The notes: generated by a model not told the origin, from the sequence alone. 64,000 nt of DNA from Polyangiales bacterium (GCA_038230375.1 JBBRNJ010000005.1:128001-192000), one strand, 5' to 3'; positions 44,813 to 56,549 are shown, numbered from the stretch's first letter. Numbers and translations are program-made.

Positions 44813-45835
44813 TCAGAACGGGCTGTCGCGAACGATACCGCCGCTGCCCTTCGGGGCGTGGGGGGGCTTGGGCGGCTGGGGGGGCGGGGGTGGCTGGGGA
44901 GGCTGAGCCGCCACCGCGCCGCCACCATTGCCGCCCGCGCGCGGGGGGGCCGGCACCGGTACTGCAGCGATGGGCTGAGGCTTGGGGGGAGCCGCTTGAA
45001 TCGGCGGAGGGGCCTGAGCTGGTTGAGCGGTCGGCTGATCGCCACCGGGTTCGCCGGCCTTGGGAAGCGAGCCGGGCTTCATCACGGGGATGTCCTGGCT
45101 GAGCGGGCCCTGGGTCGCGGGGTCGTCCTTCGGAGGAGGCGGAATGTCGTTCTTCGGCCGAGCCTGGCCTGCGCCCAGTCCCGCTGCGGTGAGGTCCTTG
45201 GGCGGTGCGTCGCCGAATGCAAACTTGACCGCGATGCCAACACCCGCGAGCGCCACGAGCACCGCGCCAACACCGATGATCATCGGCAGGCTGGACTTCC
45301 TCGGGATCGCATACTGGTCGCTGTTGTTGGCGTTCTGCGCTTCCACGATGGGGCGCACGACTGCGGGACGCGCCGGACCACGTGATGCGGACACGCCAAC
45401 ACCAATCGCGGGCGGTCGCTCGGAGCGAATCAACGGACGCTCTTCGTCCGCAGCGGGCTGCGGCACGCTGAAGCTACCCGGCCCGCCGTTCGTTGGCGCA
45501 GGCGCCTGCATCTGCGGCATCTGTGGCGCCGCCATGCCCATCATGGTCTTCGCGTGCATGCCGCCGCCGTTCACCGTCGGTTGAGGCGCGGCCGCGGGCG
45601 CTGCGACCACCTGGGGTGCCGTGAAGGCAGCGGGAGCCGCCACGCCGGCGTTGCCGTTGGCTGTCTGGGCCAGCTCGTTGATCGCCTCTGGTGCGACCTC
45701 CCCACCCGCAGCGAATGGAGCGTCGTCCAGCTCCCAGGCGGGGCGAAACTGCGCCGCCAAGCTGTCCGCGTCTTCAGCGGAAACCTCTCCGTTGGGGCTG
45801 GCGCTGGAGCTTTGGCCTTGTTCGGTGGAGCTCAT
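44813..45835 (-). CDS. Pro-rich single-pass membrane protein
   Basis: Low-complexity N-terminus, one TM, Pro-rich tail ending GGIVRDSPF; start set at ATG 45835. Confidence 0.6.
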   Translation of the reverse strand: MSSTEQGQSSSASPNGEVSAEDADSLAAQFRPAWELDDAPFAAGGEVAPEAINELAQTANGNAGVAAPAAFTAPQVVAAPAAAPQPTVNGGGMHAKTMMGMAAPQMPQMQAPAPTNGGPGSFSVPQPAADEERPLIRSERPPAIGVGVSASRGPARPAVVRPIVEAQNANNSDQYAIPRKSSLPMIIGVGAVLVALAGVGIAVKFAFGDAPPKDLTAAGLGAGQARPKNDIPPPPKDDPATQGPLSQDIPVMKPGSLPKAGEPGGDQPTAQPAQAPPPIQAAPPKPQPIAAVPVPAPPRAGGNGGGAVAAQPPQPPPPPQPPKPPHAPKGSGGIVRDSPF

Positions 45836-45937
45836 CTCGATGTTGTCCTCGAAGCCTCTGGAGCGTGGTTTGCCATGACCGCTAGCTACAGACGAGTGTA
45901 GCACCCGATCGGTCTGGAAGAAGCGCTTCGCACAAAC

Positions 45938-46417
45938 TCAGCTGAATTCACGCTTCAATACGTCATCCCACTCGTCCGCGACCTTGCCAACCGTGGCCAA
46001 CAGGTCCTCGAACTCCTCGTAGTCCAGACCCGAGAGTCGGCGGAGAGCGCGCACGAACACCTCGTCACGCTGCGCATCGATTGCGAACGACGCGTCCGCG
46101 GTCGTCAGGAAGGAGAGCTCCAGCAGCCGGCGGTAGAACGCCTCGCGCTTCTGGTCGGGGACCGACATGACGGGCGCCATGAAGAGGAGCACGCCGTGGT
46201 CCTCCATCACGTTGATCCCGATACTGACGGAGCCCTTGCGCGCCTGCGTATAGCCGCTGTCGTCGAGCGGATCGATCGACGCGCCTGCGCGCTCGGCGAA
46301 GCGATTCAGGTAGGCGTTGACCATCGCGCGCGCATCGGAGAAGACTTGCCCGGTGGCTCGATCGGCGTAGACAGGAGAGGTAGTTTGCAAGGGACGCTCC
46401 TTCGACCGCCGGATCAT
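45938..46417 (-). CDS. YbjN/CesT-like chaperone-fold protein
   Basis: Small acidic protein: FYRRLLELSF...FAID...LDYEEFEDLL..VGKVADEWDD; start uncertain. Confidence 0.7.
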   Translation of the reverse strand: MIRRSKERPLQTTSPVYADRATGQVFSDARAMVNAYLNRFAERAGASIDPLDDSGYTQARKGSVSIGINVMEDHGVLLFMAPVMSVPDQKREAFYRRLLELSFLTTADASFAIDAQRDEVFVRALRRLSGLDYEEFEDLLATVGKVADEWDDVLKREFS

Positions 46418-48061
46418 ACCCAAAGGCCCTGGAAAAGGGGGCGCCTTCGCGCGCGCCTCGCCGTCGTTCTCGCGCTGGGCCTCTTTCTGGGCGCCTGCGC
46501 ATCGGAGTCGACCGCCCCGAAGCCCACGGGTGATGAAGAGGTCGACCGCGCGCGGGCGATGCTCGCGCCCGATGCAAAGCTGCCAGATCGCCCCACGGTG
46601 CTCACCCGCGCCCAGACCATTGCGGCGCGGGCCGCACGGGAAGGGGCGGGCGCACGCGCCGTGTCGCTCGACGTGCTCGCGGCGTCGCTCCTCGAGCGCG
46701 TGTGGCGCGTGGAGCGAAAGGAGCAGGACGCGAAGGAAGCGATCGATCTCTATCGCGCCGCCTCGAAGGACATGTCACTCCCTGGCGTCTGCGATGCGGC
46801 GATCGCTGGAGCCAACCTCTCCGGCGAGCTCGCGCGCGACGCCTCCACGACCTATGCGGAGCTCTATCGCGGAAGCCACAAGAACGGGGTGCCCGCGCCG
46901 TGCAAGGCTCGCCTCGAAGCGGAGATGAATTTTCTCTCCGCGTTCCGCCCGCCTTCGCAGGTGCTCGACGCGATCGACCGCGGGCTGGAAGGCGAGGGGG
47001 CGATCGAGCGCGCATCCGACGCCGGTCTGCGCGTGAACGTCGTCCCCAAGGTCACGAACGTGGAGCAGTGGTCCGGTCCCGAGGGCGCGCGCGTCGTCGT
47101 GACGCTCGATGGTCCCGCGCGGTACCAGGCCGGTGACGAGCCGAGCGCGCAGGGAAAAGGCGCGCGCACCTATGTGGAGCTGTTCGGCGTGGATGCGAAC
47201 GGACCCGCGCGCGCGGCGCCGATGACCGGCCTGGTGAGTCAGCTCAAGGTAGAGCCCACTTCCACTGGCGCTCGCATCGCGCTCGATCTCACCGGCCCGG
47301 GCTATCGCAAGGTGTTCCACCTGCTGGAGCCGTACCGCATCGTCATCGACGTCGCGAAGAACGTCCCGGGCCAGCAGAAGGGCGCAGGCAAGCGCACTGT
47401 CACGCGCGTCGTGGTCGATCCCGGTCACGGTGGCAACGACCCCGGCGCAATCGGGCCCACGGGCGCGAAGGAGAAGGACGTCACGCTCGACATCGCGCAC
47501 AAGGTCGCGCCAGCGCTGTCGCGCCTGGGCATGTCCGTCACGCTCACGCGCGATGACGATCGCTACATCACGCTGGAGGAGCGGACTGCGCGTGCGAACG
47601 GGTTCGGCGCAGACCTCTTCATCTCCATCCATTGCAATGCTGCGGAGAAGCCCGCGCGCCACGGCGTGGAGACCTATGTGCTGGACACCACCCAGGACCA
47701 GATCGCAGGCCGCGTGGCCGCGCGCGAGAACGCCACGAGCCAGGCGGCGAACCTGGAGCTGGGCGGCATCCTCGCGAACATGCGCCTCGCGGACCAGGCT
47801 CAGCGCTCGAATCGCATGGCGGAGCTGCTTCAGAAGTCGGCGGTTGCGTCGCTGGCGAGCGACTACAAGGACGTCACGGACGGCGGCGTGCATCCCGCCG
47901 GCTTCTACGTGCTCGTCGGCGCGCGCATGCCGGCCGTGCTCTTCGAGACCAGCTACATCTCGAACCCCGAAGAAGAGAAGCGTCTCACCAGCGACGAATA
48001 CAAAGGTCGACTCGCGGACGCGATCGTGAACGCAGTGAAGGCCTACCGCGAGGGCAGATAG
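46385..48061 (+). CDS. N-acetylmuramoyl-L-alanine amidase (Amidase_3 with AMIN-like domain), lipoprotein
   Basis: VVVDPGHGGNDPGA, EKDVTL, SIHCNA, PAVLFE; lipobox LGAC; TTG start after AGGAGAGG. Confidence 0.88.
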   Translation: MQGTLLRPPDHTQRPWKRGRLRARLAVVLALGLFLGACASESTAPKPTGDEEVDRARAMLAPDAKLPDRPTVLTRAQTIAARAAREGAGARAVSLDVLAASLLERVWRVERKEQDAKEAIDLYRAASKDMSLPGVCDAAIAGANLSGELARDASTTYAELYRGSHKNGVPAPCKARLEAEMNFLSAFRPPSQVLDAIDRGLEGEGAIERASDAGLRVNVVPKVTNVEQWSGPEGARVVVTLDGPARYQAGDEPSAQGKGARTYVELFGVDANGPARAAPMTGLVSQLKVEPTSTGARIALDLTGPGYRKVFHLLEPYRIVIDVAKNVPGQQKGAGKRTVTRVVVDPGHGGNDPGAIGPTGAKEKDVTLDIAHKVAPALSRLGMSVTLTRDDDRYITLEERTARANGFGADLFISIHCNAAEKPARHGVETYVLDTTQDQIAGRVAARENATSQAANLELGGILANMRLADQAQRSNRMAELLQKSAVASLASDYKDVTDGGVHPAGFYVLVGARMPAVLFETSYISNPEEEKRLTSDEYKGRLADAIVNAVKAYREGR

Positions 48062-48064
48062 CGC

Positions 48065-49831
48065 CTACGCGGGCCCTGCCGCACCGAGCATGCCGCGCAC
48101 GACTTCTTGCGCGATCGGGTGATACTGCTTCTCGTATCGCTCGAACAGCTCGCGCGCGAGCGGTGCCGTTTCCTCGCGCCTGAGCAGCGCGCGATAGAGC
48201 GGCTTCAGGTACTTCATGCGCCCGGTCCACCCGAGCACCTCCGTCACCCGCGGGAGCGCGGGCGCGAAGCCCGACGCACACGCCAGCACCAGGAAGCTCA
48301 CGAGCACCTCGGGGTTCTTGGATTGTGTGAGGGCGTACGAAGCCTCCAGCTCCGTACACACGGCGAGCGGTGAAGGCTTCGGCATTGCTTCCAGGTACAG
48401 ATGCCACTCCATCGCGCTCCAGTCCTTCGATTCGTCCTTCGTGGGCGCGCGTCCAGCGACCTTCTCCACCGCGCGAAGTCGCGCCGACTCCGGCCGCCAG
48501 GTTCCCGGGGGCAACAGCGGACCGTCGAGCCACGCGTGCGCGTCGACCTTCGCAAGCAAGCCGGGCAGCTCGTTCTCCACCAGGGCCACGAAATCCTCCG
48601 TGGTCGCTGCGCCGAAGCGATGCGCGCCAAGCCACTTCTTCAGAAGCGCATCGAAGGGCTGCGCACCGGCCGCGGCCTCCAGTGTCTTCAAGAAGAGGTA
48701 GCCCTTCTCGTACGTAACCCGGCTGAACGCCTGGTCGGGGTCGAGGCCGGTGTGGTGGGTGCGCAGCCGCGTGAGCTCGGGGGTGCTGGCGAGCACCACG
48801 AACGACTCCTTCAGCTTCTCGTAGCCGATCGCTGCGTGCAGCGCGGCGATGTCCGCGCCTTCCAGTACCTCGAGGATGCGGCGCTCCGCGAAGACGGTGA
48901 AGCCTTCGTTGAGCCAGAAGTGCTCCGCGTTTGCGTTCGTCACCAGATTGCCCGTCCACGAGTGCGCGAGCTCGTGCGCGACCACGTTCACCAGGCTGCG
49001 ATCTCCGGTGAGGAGCGACGGTGTGAGGAAGGTGAGACGCGGGTTCTCCATTCCGCCGTAAGGAAACGAGGGCGGCATCACGAGCAGATCAAAGCGCTCC
49101 CAGTCGTACGGGCCGAACAGCGCCTCCGCTGCGCGAAGCTGCTCCTCCACGTTCGCAAGCTCCCACGCCGCGGCCTCCACTTGCGCGGGCTCTGCCCACA
49201 CGCGCGAGCGCGGCGACAGATCCTTCGACGCCAGCTCCCCGACGGCGAACGCGAGCAGGTACGGGGGAATGGGCTGATGCATCTCGAAGCGCTCGATCGC
49301 ACGCGCGCCTTGCACATCGCGGCCAACGCTCGCGGCGCCCATCACGGCGCGGAGGTGCGACGGCACGTCGAGCGATGCCGTGTACGTCTGACGAATGCTC
49401 GGCGTGTCCTGGCACGGCACCACGCTGCGTGCGTGCAGCGCCTGGCACTGCGAGAAGACGTACGGATACTTCTTTCCCAGCGTCTGCTCGGGCGACACCC
49501 ACTGGAGCGCCGACGCTTGCGGCGACGTGCGATAGTCGATGCGGATCCATTCGGCGCCTGCGGGGACGGCGACCTCGAGGCGCGCGCCAAGGATCGGATC
49601 AGTCGCGTGCAGCACATGAGAGAGCGGCTCGCCTGCCGGACCGTGCACCCCGTCGATGCTGAGCCCGCGCGTGTCCAGGTCGAGCACGCCACCCGCAGCA
49701 GCGGCGACGAAGCGGAGCGTCACCTGGGCGGTGAGCACCTGCGTCGAGAAATCGACGACGGCCTTCCACTCGAAGGTCTTGGTGCGCGGCTGCGCGTCGT
49801 CTGCGTACGAGTGCGGGTCAGGTCGAGCCAT
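48065..49831 (-). CDS. M1 family aminopeptidase (leukotriene A4 hydrolase-like)
   Basis: DPHSYA, GGMEN, HELAH...NEG, YEKG. Confidence 0.95.
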   Translation of the reverse strand: MARPDPHSYADDAQPRTKTFEWKAVVDFSTQVLTAQVTLRFVAAAAGGVLDLDTRGLSIDGVHGPAGEPLSHVLHATDPILGARLEVAVPAGAEWIRIDYRTSPQASALQWVSPEQTLGKKYPYVFSQCQALHARSVVPCQDTPSIRQTYTASLDVPSHLRAVMGAASVGRDVQGARAIERFEMHQPIPPYLLAFAVGELASKDLSPRSRVWAEPAQVEAAAWELANVEEQLRAAEALFGPYDWERFDLLVMPPSFPYGGMENPRLTFLTPSLLTGDRSLVNVVAHELAHSWTGNLVTNANAEHFWLNEGFTVFAERRILEVLEGADIAALHAAIGYEKLKESFVVLASTPELTRLRTHHTGLDPDQAFSRVTYEKGYLFLKTLEAAAGAQPFDALLKKWLGAHRFGAATTEDFVALVENELPGLLAKVDAHAWLDGPLLPPGTWRPESARLRAVEKVAGRAPTKDESKDWSAMEWHLYLEAMPKPSPLAVCTELEASYALTQSKNPEVLVSFLVLACASGFAPALPRVTEVLGWTGRMKYLKPLYRALLRREETAPLARELFERYEKQYHPIAQEVVRGMLGAAGPA

Positions 49832-49833
49832 CT

Positions 49834-50727
49834 TCAGGCCTCCTTCGCGGGTTCGGGTGTGTCTGGTGCGTCCTCTGCCAACCACTGCCCATCACGGAGG
49901 ACGTACCGTGATTTTCCGGGCGTTCGTGCTTCCTTGGTCTCGTGTTCCGGATCGCCTGGGAGCACGAGCGCGAGCGTGTCGCCCTTTGCATCCTTCACGG
50001 GCTTGAGCTCGGGACAGATGGGCGCAAGCTTCGCGGTCGCGCACCACGCGATGATCTCGTCGGCGGACTTGAAGCCGGCGAGGATCTCCAGCGTGCGGTG
50101 CGTCGGCGGTGCGAGCTCGACCTCGCGACGTGAGAAGCGCGCGAGGATCTCGGCGGGTGTGGCCCAGAAGCTTGCCATGGTCTCGTGCTCGTCGTGCGCT
50201 CCGGACTGGCCCGCGGGCGCCTTGCACACGAAGAAGCGTGCGTCGTATCGCCGCGCCTCGGCGCTGGGCGTGACCCACCGAGAGAACGGCACCACGCGCC
50301 CGAGATGCAGCTTGATCCCGAGCGCGCGCAGCTCGGCACGTAGCTCGGCGCCGCCAGCGACCTTGGTCCGCAGTGCGAGCACCGCGTCGTCCGTCAAAGC
50401 GCCGTCGTTCACCGGAAGGATCGCGGCCTCTTCGAGCGTCTCGCGGCATGCAGCAATGCGGAGCGCGCGAAGATGCGCGCCATCGGCGGCGAAGCCCGCG
50501 GGCGGAGGCTCGTCTACCTTCTCTTCGCAGAGCTCGCGCCACGCTTCGTCGCTGTCCGCGGCATCCAGCTTGCCACCCGGGAACACGAGCGCACCGCCCA
50601 TGAAGCGGCTCTTCTTGTTTCGCTCCACGCAGAAGACGGCGGGCCCATCTGCGGTGTCCTTGAGCAGCAGCAGTGTGGAGGCATCCCTGGGGGCGACGCC
50701 CTTCCGGTCGAAGGAGAGATCGAGCAT
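49834..50727 (-). CDS. NUDIX hydrolase (NUDT19-like)
   Basis: VFPGG...AACRETLEE, RWVTP...RRYDARFF. Confidence 0.88.
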   Translation of the reverse strand: MLDLSFDRKGVAPRDASTLLLLKDTADGPAVFCVERNKKSRFMGGALVFPGGKLDAADSDEAWRELCEEKVDEPPPAGFAADGAHLRALRIAACRETLEEAAILPVNDGALTDDAVLALRTKVAGGAELRAELRALGIKLHLGRVVPFSRWVTPSAEARRYDARFFVCKAPAGQSGAHDEHETMASFWATPAEILARFSRREVELAPPTHRTLEILAGFKSADEIIAWCATAKLAPICPELKPVKDAKGDTLALVLPGDPEHETKEARTPGKSRYVLRDGQWLAEDAPDTPEPAKEA

Positions 50728-51248
50728 CAGCGCATCCTCGTGCGGCGGCGTTCCTCGGCGGCGCGGTCCCGCATCCTGCGCTCGCCCTCGGGGTCCTCGA
50801 CGAACGTGACGGAGTCGAACGGTAGCTCACCGTTTGGATCGCGGAGGAGGAGCGCCAGTGCGTGCTCTGGCGTGATGCGCTCGTTCGCGCGTCCTGGCAG
50901 CTCGATCACGCAGCGCCGCGCGCGGAGTCCGGTCAGCGAGCGAGAGATCGCCGCGAGGGCGCTCGAGAACGCCGCGTCGTCGAATGCCGCCATGGGTCCA
51001 AGGCCAACGGCGAGCACCTTGTCGAACGGGATGCGCGGCCTGCCGGGGACGAGCGTGATCTCGCCCAGGTCACCCTGCATGAAGCCCTTCGCGGCAAGGC
51101 GCGACATGCGCCCGAGCATGCGGTCGTCCAGCTGTCCCAGGAGCCCGCGGAACGGGCGGATGTCGCGGTAGAAGCCCACGGCGAGCACCTCGCCCTGGGA
51201 CTCGTCCACTGCCCGAAGGCTCCGAGGCGTGCACGAGAACTCCAGCAT
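50727..51248 (-). CDS. Stand-alone peptidase M17 N-terminal-domain protein
   Basis: DIRPFRGLLGQLDDRMLG...GDLGE..L, KVLAVGLG; no catalytic domain. Confidence 0.7.
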   Translation of the reverse strand: MLEFSCTPRSLRAVDESQGEVLAVGFYRDIRPFRGLLGQLDDRMLGRMSRLAAKGFMQGDLGEITLVPGRPRIPFDKVLAVGLGPMAAFDDAAFSSALAAISRSLTGLRARRCVIELPGRANERITPEHALALLLRDPNGELPFDSVTFVEDPEGERRMRDRAAEERRRTRMR

Positions 51249-51252
51249 GTGC

Positions 51253-51675
51253 TCAGCGATCCTTGTCGGACCGGCCCACTTCGTCGGCGACCTTGGAGAG
51301 CACGCCGTTCACGAACGCCTTGGATTCGTCGGTGCCGAAGGTCTTCGCCAGCTCCACGGCCTCATCCAGGATGACGGCGCGCGGAACGTCGCCCTTGTAG
51401 ACCAGCTCCCAGGTGGCGAGCCGCAATACGTTGCGGTCCACGCGCGCCATGCGCTCCAGGCGCCAGTTCTCGCTCGCCTTCGTGATGCGTGCGTCCACTT
51501 CTGCCGCGTGCTCCGCGAAGCCGCGCAGCGCCGCGTTGGCGTACTCGCGTCCGTCGGGGTCGGCCTCGAAGCTCTTCCAGAAGAGCACGATGACCTGCTC
51601 GGGCTCCGCGGCCGACGCCTCCAGCTGAAAGAGCATCTGCAGCGCCGCCTCGCGGCCTCTGTGACGTGCGCCCAT
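51253..51675 (-). CDS. nusB: Transcription antitermination factor NusB
   Basis: RHRGREAALQMLF, NWRLERMARVDRNVLR, EAVELAKTF, FVNGVL. Confidence 0.97.
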   Translation of the reverse strand: MGARHRGREAALQMLFQLEASAAEPEQVIVLFWKSFEADPDGREYANAALRGFAEHAAEVDARITKASENWRLERMARVDRNVLRLATWELVYKGDVPRAVILDEAVELAKTFGTDESKAFVNGVLSKVADEVGRSDKDR

Positions 51676-52160
51676 CAGAACGCCGCGTCGATCTCGCGTG
51701 CCAGCGAGACCATCTCGATCGCGGATACCGCCGCGTCCCAGCCCTTGTTGCCGGCCTTGGTGCCTGCGCGCTCCACGGCCTGCTCGATGTTGTCCGTGGT
51801 CAGCACGCCGAACGCGACGGGCACACCGGAAGAGAGCGACACCTGCGCGGCGCCCTTGGCGACCTCACCGGCGACGTAGTCGAAGTGCGGTGTGGACCCG
51901 CGGATGACCGCGGCGATCGCGATGAGCGCGGATGACTTCTTCTTCGCAGCGATCTTCGCGAGCGCCGTGGGGATCTCCCACGCGCCGGGCACGCGCACGA
52001 TCGTGATCATGCTTGCGTCGCCGCCATGCCGGACGATCGCGTCCACTGCGCCTTCCACGAGCCGGTCCACGATGAAGTGGTTGAAGCGGCTCGCGACGAT
52101 GCAGAACTTTGAACCCCTGGGGACGACGACGTTACCTTCGATCACGCGCGGCACTGACAT
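51675..52160 (-). CDS. ribH: 6,7-dimethyl-8-ribityllumazine synthase
   Basis: [35 protein letters not shown]. Confidence 0.97.
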   Translation of the reverse strand: MSVPRVIEGNVVVPRGSKFCIVASRFNHFIVDRLVEGAVDAIVRHGGDASMITIVRVPGAWEIPTALAKIAAKKKSSALIAIAAVIRGSTPHFDYVAGEVAKGAAQVSLSSGVPVAFGVLTTDNIEQAVERAGTKAGNKGWDAAVSAIEMVSLAREIDAAF

Positions 52161-52203
52161 GGTCTTCTTCTCCGGCTCTCGGCGGCGACCCCCCTTTGCT
52201 CGG

Positions 52204-53346
<1,143 letters not shown>

Positions 53347-53348
53347 GG

Positions 53349-54047
53349 CTATCGTTTCTCTGCGAAGCGCGCCAGGCGTGCGGCCCACGCGTCGTCGTCG
53401 TTGTTCGTGCGTCCGTCCACATCCAGCATGCGCGCCACGTAGCGCGCAAAGAGGTCCACCTCGAGGTTGACGCGCGACCCCGTGCGCAGCGTGCCGAGCG
53501 TGGTCACCTCCTGCGTGTGCGGGATGAGCATCACGTCGAAGGTCTCGTCCGACGTGTTGCCGGACGTCTGGTGTGGCGGCTCACCGACGTGGTTCACAGT
53601 GAGGCTCACGCCGTTGATGGTGATGGAGCCCTTCTCCGCGATGAAGCGCGCGAGCGCCTTCGGGAAGGAGAATGTGACGCGCGTGTAGGCGTCCACGGCT
53701 TCCATCCTGGTGCACACGCCGGTGCTGTCGACATGACCCGACACCACGTGCCCGCCGAAGCGTGCGCCGGCCGCGAGCGCGCGCTCCAGGTTCACCGAGC
53801 CGCCCACAGAGGCATCCCCGAGCGTGGTGCGTTCCAGCGACTCGCTGGACACGTCAAAGGTGAGGGTGTCACTCGTTGCGGCCCGCACGGTGAGGCAGCA
53901 GCCGTCCACGGCGATGGACTCGCCAAGCGTCACACGCTCGCTCGGCTCGAACCTGGCACGCACGACGAGCTCCGCATTCTTCCCGCCGCTTCCGACGAGC
54001 GTGCGGGACGCGACGATCCCCTGCTTTTCGACCAGTCCCGTAAACAT
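53349..54047 (-). CDS. ribE: Riboflavin synthase (alpha chain)
   Basis: MFTG start, [39 protein letters not shown]. Confidence 0.96.
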   Translation of the reverse strand: MFTGLVEKQGIVASRTLVGSGGKNAELVVRARFEPSERVTLGESIAVDGCCLTVRAATSDTLTFDVSSESLERTTLGDASVGGSVNLERALAAGARFGGHVVSGHVDSTGVCTRMEAVDAYTRVTFSFPKALARFIAEKGSITINGVSLTVNHVGEPPHQTSGNTSDETFDVMLIPHTQEVTTLGTLRTGSRVNLEVDLFARYVARMLDVDGRTNNDDDAWAARLARFAEKR

Positions 54048-54114
54048 GTCCTCCGAGCATGTAGTCTCAAGAGGGTCCTGGGTAAAGGTGCGGTTTGTTG
54101 CTATCCTTCGATGA

Positions 54115-54798
54115 ATGCCGCGCAGTGCGCGTCCACTCCTCCTCACCACGGTCCTCGCACTTTTCGCGCTAGTGACGCTTGCGCTCTCCGCCTTCGGCTG
54201 CGGCCCGAGCTATCAGGCCATTCACGAGGGGGATGCGCGCTTCGAGCACTGCTACGCGATCGACGAGGGCGCGGCGGCGTCGATGGACGACAAGTCCAGG
54301 TGCTGGAGCGACTACCGCCAGCACTACGCGTTCGGTCAGGCGCGCGACCGGCTCACGTATGCCGCACGCCGCGAGCAGCTGCTCGCGCGTTCGCAAGCGG
54401 TGCCCACCGACGAGGCCATGATGGAAGCGGCGCCTGGGCAGGTAGCGGTGGTGCCGAACGCGCCCGCACCAACGAACGCCTTCGTGCCGCCCCCGCAGCT
54501 CCTCCAGCAACCGCCGCCGAAGGTCGTGACGACCGCGTCCACGTCGATGGCCGCTGCGCACTTCCAGCAGCAGGACGCGGGCGCGTTGCCGATCACCTCG
54601 ACCCCTCCATTCAGCCCGGTGCGCGAAGCACCTGGCGCCTCCTGCGCAAACCGTTGCACGGAAAGCTGGCACACGTGCGAGAGGACCTGCATCGGCGCCA
54701 AGGGTGGCCCAGCGTCACCAGCCGCCAACGCAGCGAAGGCCGCGTGCGATCGTTGCGACAAGACTCACAGAACCTGCATGGCCGCCTGCTTCCGCTGA
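54115..54798 (+). CDS. Cys-rich lipoprotein
   Basis: Lipobox AFGC; C-terminal CxxxC repeats. Confidence 0.65.
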   Translation: MPRSARPLLLTTVLALFALVTLALSAFGCGPSYQAIHEGDARFEHCYAIDEGAAASMDDKSRCWSDYRQHYAFGQARDRLTYAARREQLLARSQAVPTDEAMMEAAPGQVAVVPNAPAPTNAFVPPPQLLQQPPPKVVTTASTSMAAAHFQQQDAGALPITSTPPFSPVREAPGASCANRCTESWHTCERTCIGAKGGPASPAANAAKAACDRCDKTHRTCMAACFR

Positions 54799-54929
54799 GG
54801 CTCGGGTACGCTTTCCGCACTTCATGATGACGCGGAGCGACGACCTGCGTACGCGGTTGCGCGTCCGATTTTGTCTTGGCGGAACCTTTACAAATCAGGT
54901 TTACGGACCACGCTTAAAAGTAAGTAGTC

Positions 54930-55982
54930 ATGAGGAAAGTAGTTGGTTCCTCTTCGGGCCCAATACGGCTCGCAGGGTTCGTTCTCAGAAGCTCGCTCGC
55001 GACGTTCGGCATCGCGACAGCGCTCCTCGCCGCCGACACGCAGTTCGCCTCCGCGCAGGAGCCAGAGGTCTCGCTCCGACGGCCCGAGCCGCGCTCGAGC
55101 GACGCGGTGCAAGCATCGCAGATGACACCTGCGATGATCTCGCCGCCTCTCGCGCGCGAGTGGCGACAGGTGTTCGGCCACAACTGGCAGATCGCCGAAG
55201 TGCCGCTCGAAGCGGTGACCGAGACGGACACGCGCGAAGGAACGCGCGGTACGTGCGCTCCCGGCATGGTCGAAGTCGCGGGTGAGATGCTCGACTCGCC
55301 GATGGCCGAGTACACCCAGAACCTCGCCTGCGAGCACTGGATCTCCACGACGTTCCCGGAGCGCTGCGGCAACTTCTCGCGCGACCGCTGGCTCGCGCTC
55401 TCGCACAACCTGCCGCGCAAGCACAAACACTTCTGCATCGATCGGTTCGAGTACCCGAACCGCGTCGGCGAGTACCCCGTGATCGACATCACCTGGTACG
55501 AGAGTGACGCGCGCTGCAAGGCGGACGGCAAGCGCCTCTGCACGGAGGACGAGTGGACGTTCGCGTGCGAGGGTGAAGAGGCATCTCCTTACCCCACCGG
55601 CTACGAGCGCCCAGAGGAGGCGTGTGTGATCGATCGTCCGTGGAAGAAGCCGGACGAGGTCGTGCTCTTCAGGCGCACGTCGGTGGGCGCCATGATGGAG
55701 CTCGCGCGCCTGTGGCAGGGCGAGGCGTCGGGCACAAAGCCGCGCTGCAAGAGCGCGTTCGGCGTGTACGACCTGACCGGCAACGTGGACGAGTGGACCC
55801 GCTCCAGCATCCCGGGTGAGCGTCCGAGCGTCCTCAAGGGCGGCTACTGGGGACCGGTGCGCACGCGCTGTCGTCCCGCAACGAAGGCGCACGACGAGGG
55901 CCATGCGTTCTACCAGCAAGGCTTCCGCTGCTGCGACAACGTCGGGTCCGCGCCAGTCGCTTCCACGGTCCCGACGCGCTAG
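54930..55982 (+). CDS. FGE-sulfatase (SUMF1/EgtB/PvdO-like) domain secreted protein
   Basis: CAPGMV, FCIDRFEYPN, KRLCTEDEW..ACEG, GVYDLTGNVDEW, GFRCC. Confidence 0.88.
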   Translation: MRKVVGSSSGPIRLAGFVLRSSLATFGIATALLAADTQFASAQEPEVSLRRPEPRSSDAVQASQMTPAMISPPLAREWRQVFGHNWQIAEVPLEAVTETDTREGTRGTCAPGMVEVAGEMLDSPMAEYTQNLACEHWISTTFPERCGNFSRDRWLALSHNLPRKHKHFCIDRFEYPNRVGEYPVIDITWYESDARCKADGKRLCTEDEWTFACEGEEASPYPTGYERPEEACVIDRPWKKPDEVVLFRRTSVGAMMELARLWQGEASGTKPRCKSAFGVYDLTGNVDEWTRSSIPGERPSVLKGGYWGPVRTRCRPATKAHDEGHAFYQQGFRCCDNVGSAPVASTVPTR

Positions 55983-56045
55983 CTAGGCGTTGCGTTGCGC
56001 GCCGACGAAACCTAGATTCTCCTGCTGCGTACCAGGAGGACCGAG

Positions 56046-56549
56046 ATGTCATCGAGCAACGTGACGGAGACTGCGTACCTGGCTGGCGGGTGCTTCTGGG
56101 GCATGGAGGAGCTTCTGCGGAAGATCACGGGCGTCATTTCGACGGAGGTCGGCTACACGGGCGGCCATCTGGAGAACCCGCGCTACGAGGACACGCACGA
56201 CTCCATGTCCGGCCATGCAGAGTCCGTGAAGATCGTCTTCGACCCGTCGAAGCTCACGTTCGCGGAGCTCCTCGACCGCTGGTTTTACCGCATGCACGAT
56301 CCGACCACGAAGAACCGGCAAGGCAACGACGTGGGCACGCAGTATCGCTCCGCCATCTTCGTCGTGGATGACGCGCAGAAGAAGGTGGCCGAAGAGGTCA
56401 CCAAGAAGGTCGACGAGTCCGGGCGCTGGGGCGGGAAGATCCAGACGACGATCGAGCCGTTCACCAGATGGTGGAAGGCAGAGGACTACCACCAGGACTA
56501 CCTGGTGAACCACCCGGGCGGGTACTCCTGTCACTTCATGCGTGAGTAG
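56046..56549 (+). CDS. msrA: Peptide methionine sulfoxide reductase MsrA
   Basis: AGGCFWG, GYTGG, GHAE, HDPT..NRQGNDVGTQYRS, AEDYHQDY. Confidence 0.97.
   Translation: MSSSNVTETAYLAGGCFWGMEELLRKITGVISTEVGYTGGHLENPRYEDTHDSMSGHAESVKIVFDPSKLTFAELLDRWFYRMHDPTTKNRQGNDVGTQYRSAIFVVDDAQKKVAEEVTKKVDESGRWGGKIQTTIEPFTRWWKAEDYHQDYLVNHPGGYSCHFMRE

Noticed and set aside
45938..46417. Type III secretion system
   Set aside because: Only a lone chaperone-fold gene; no injectisome genes in the window
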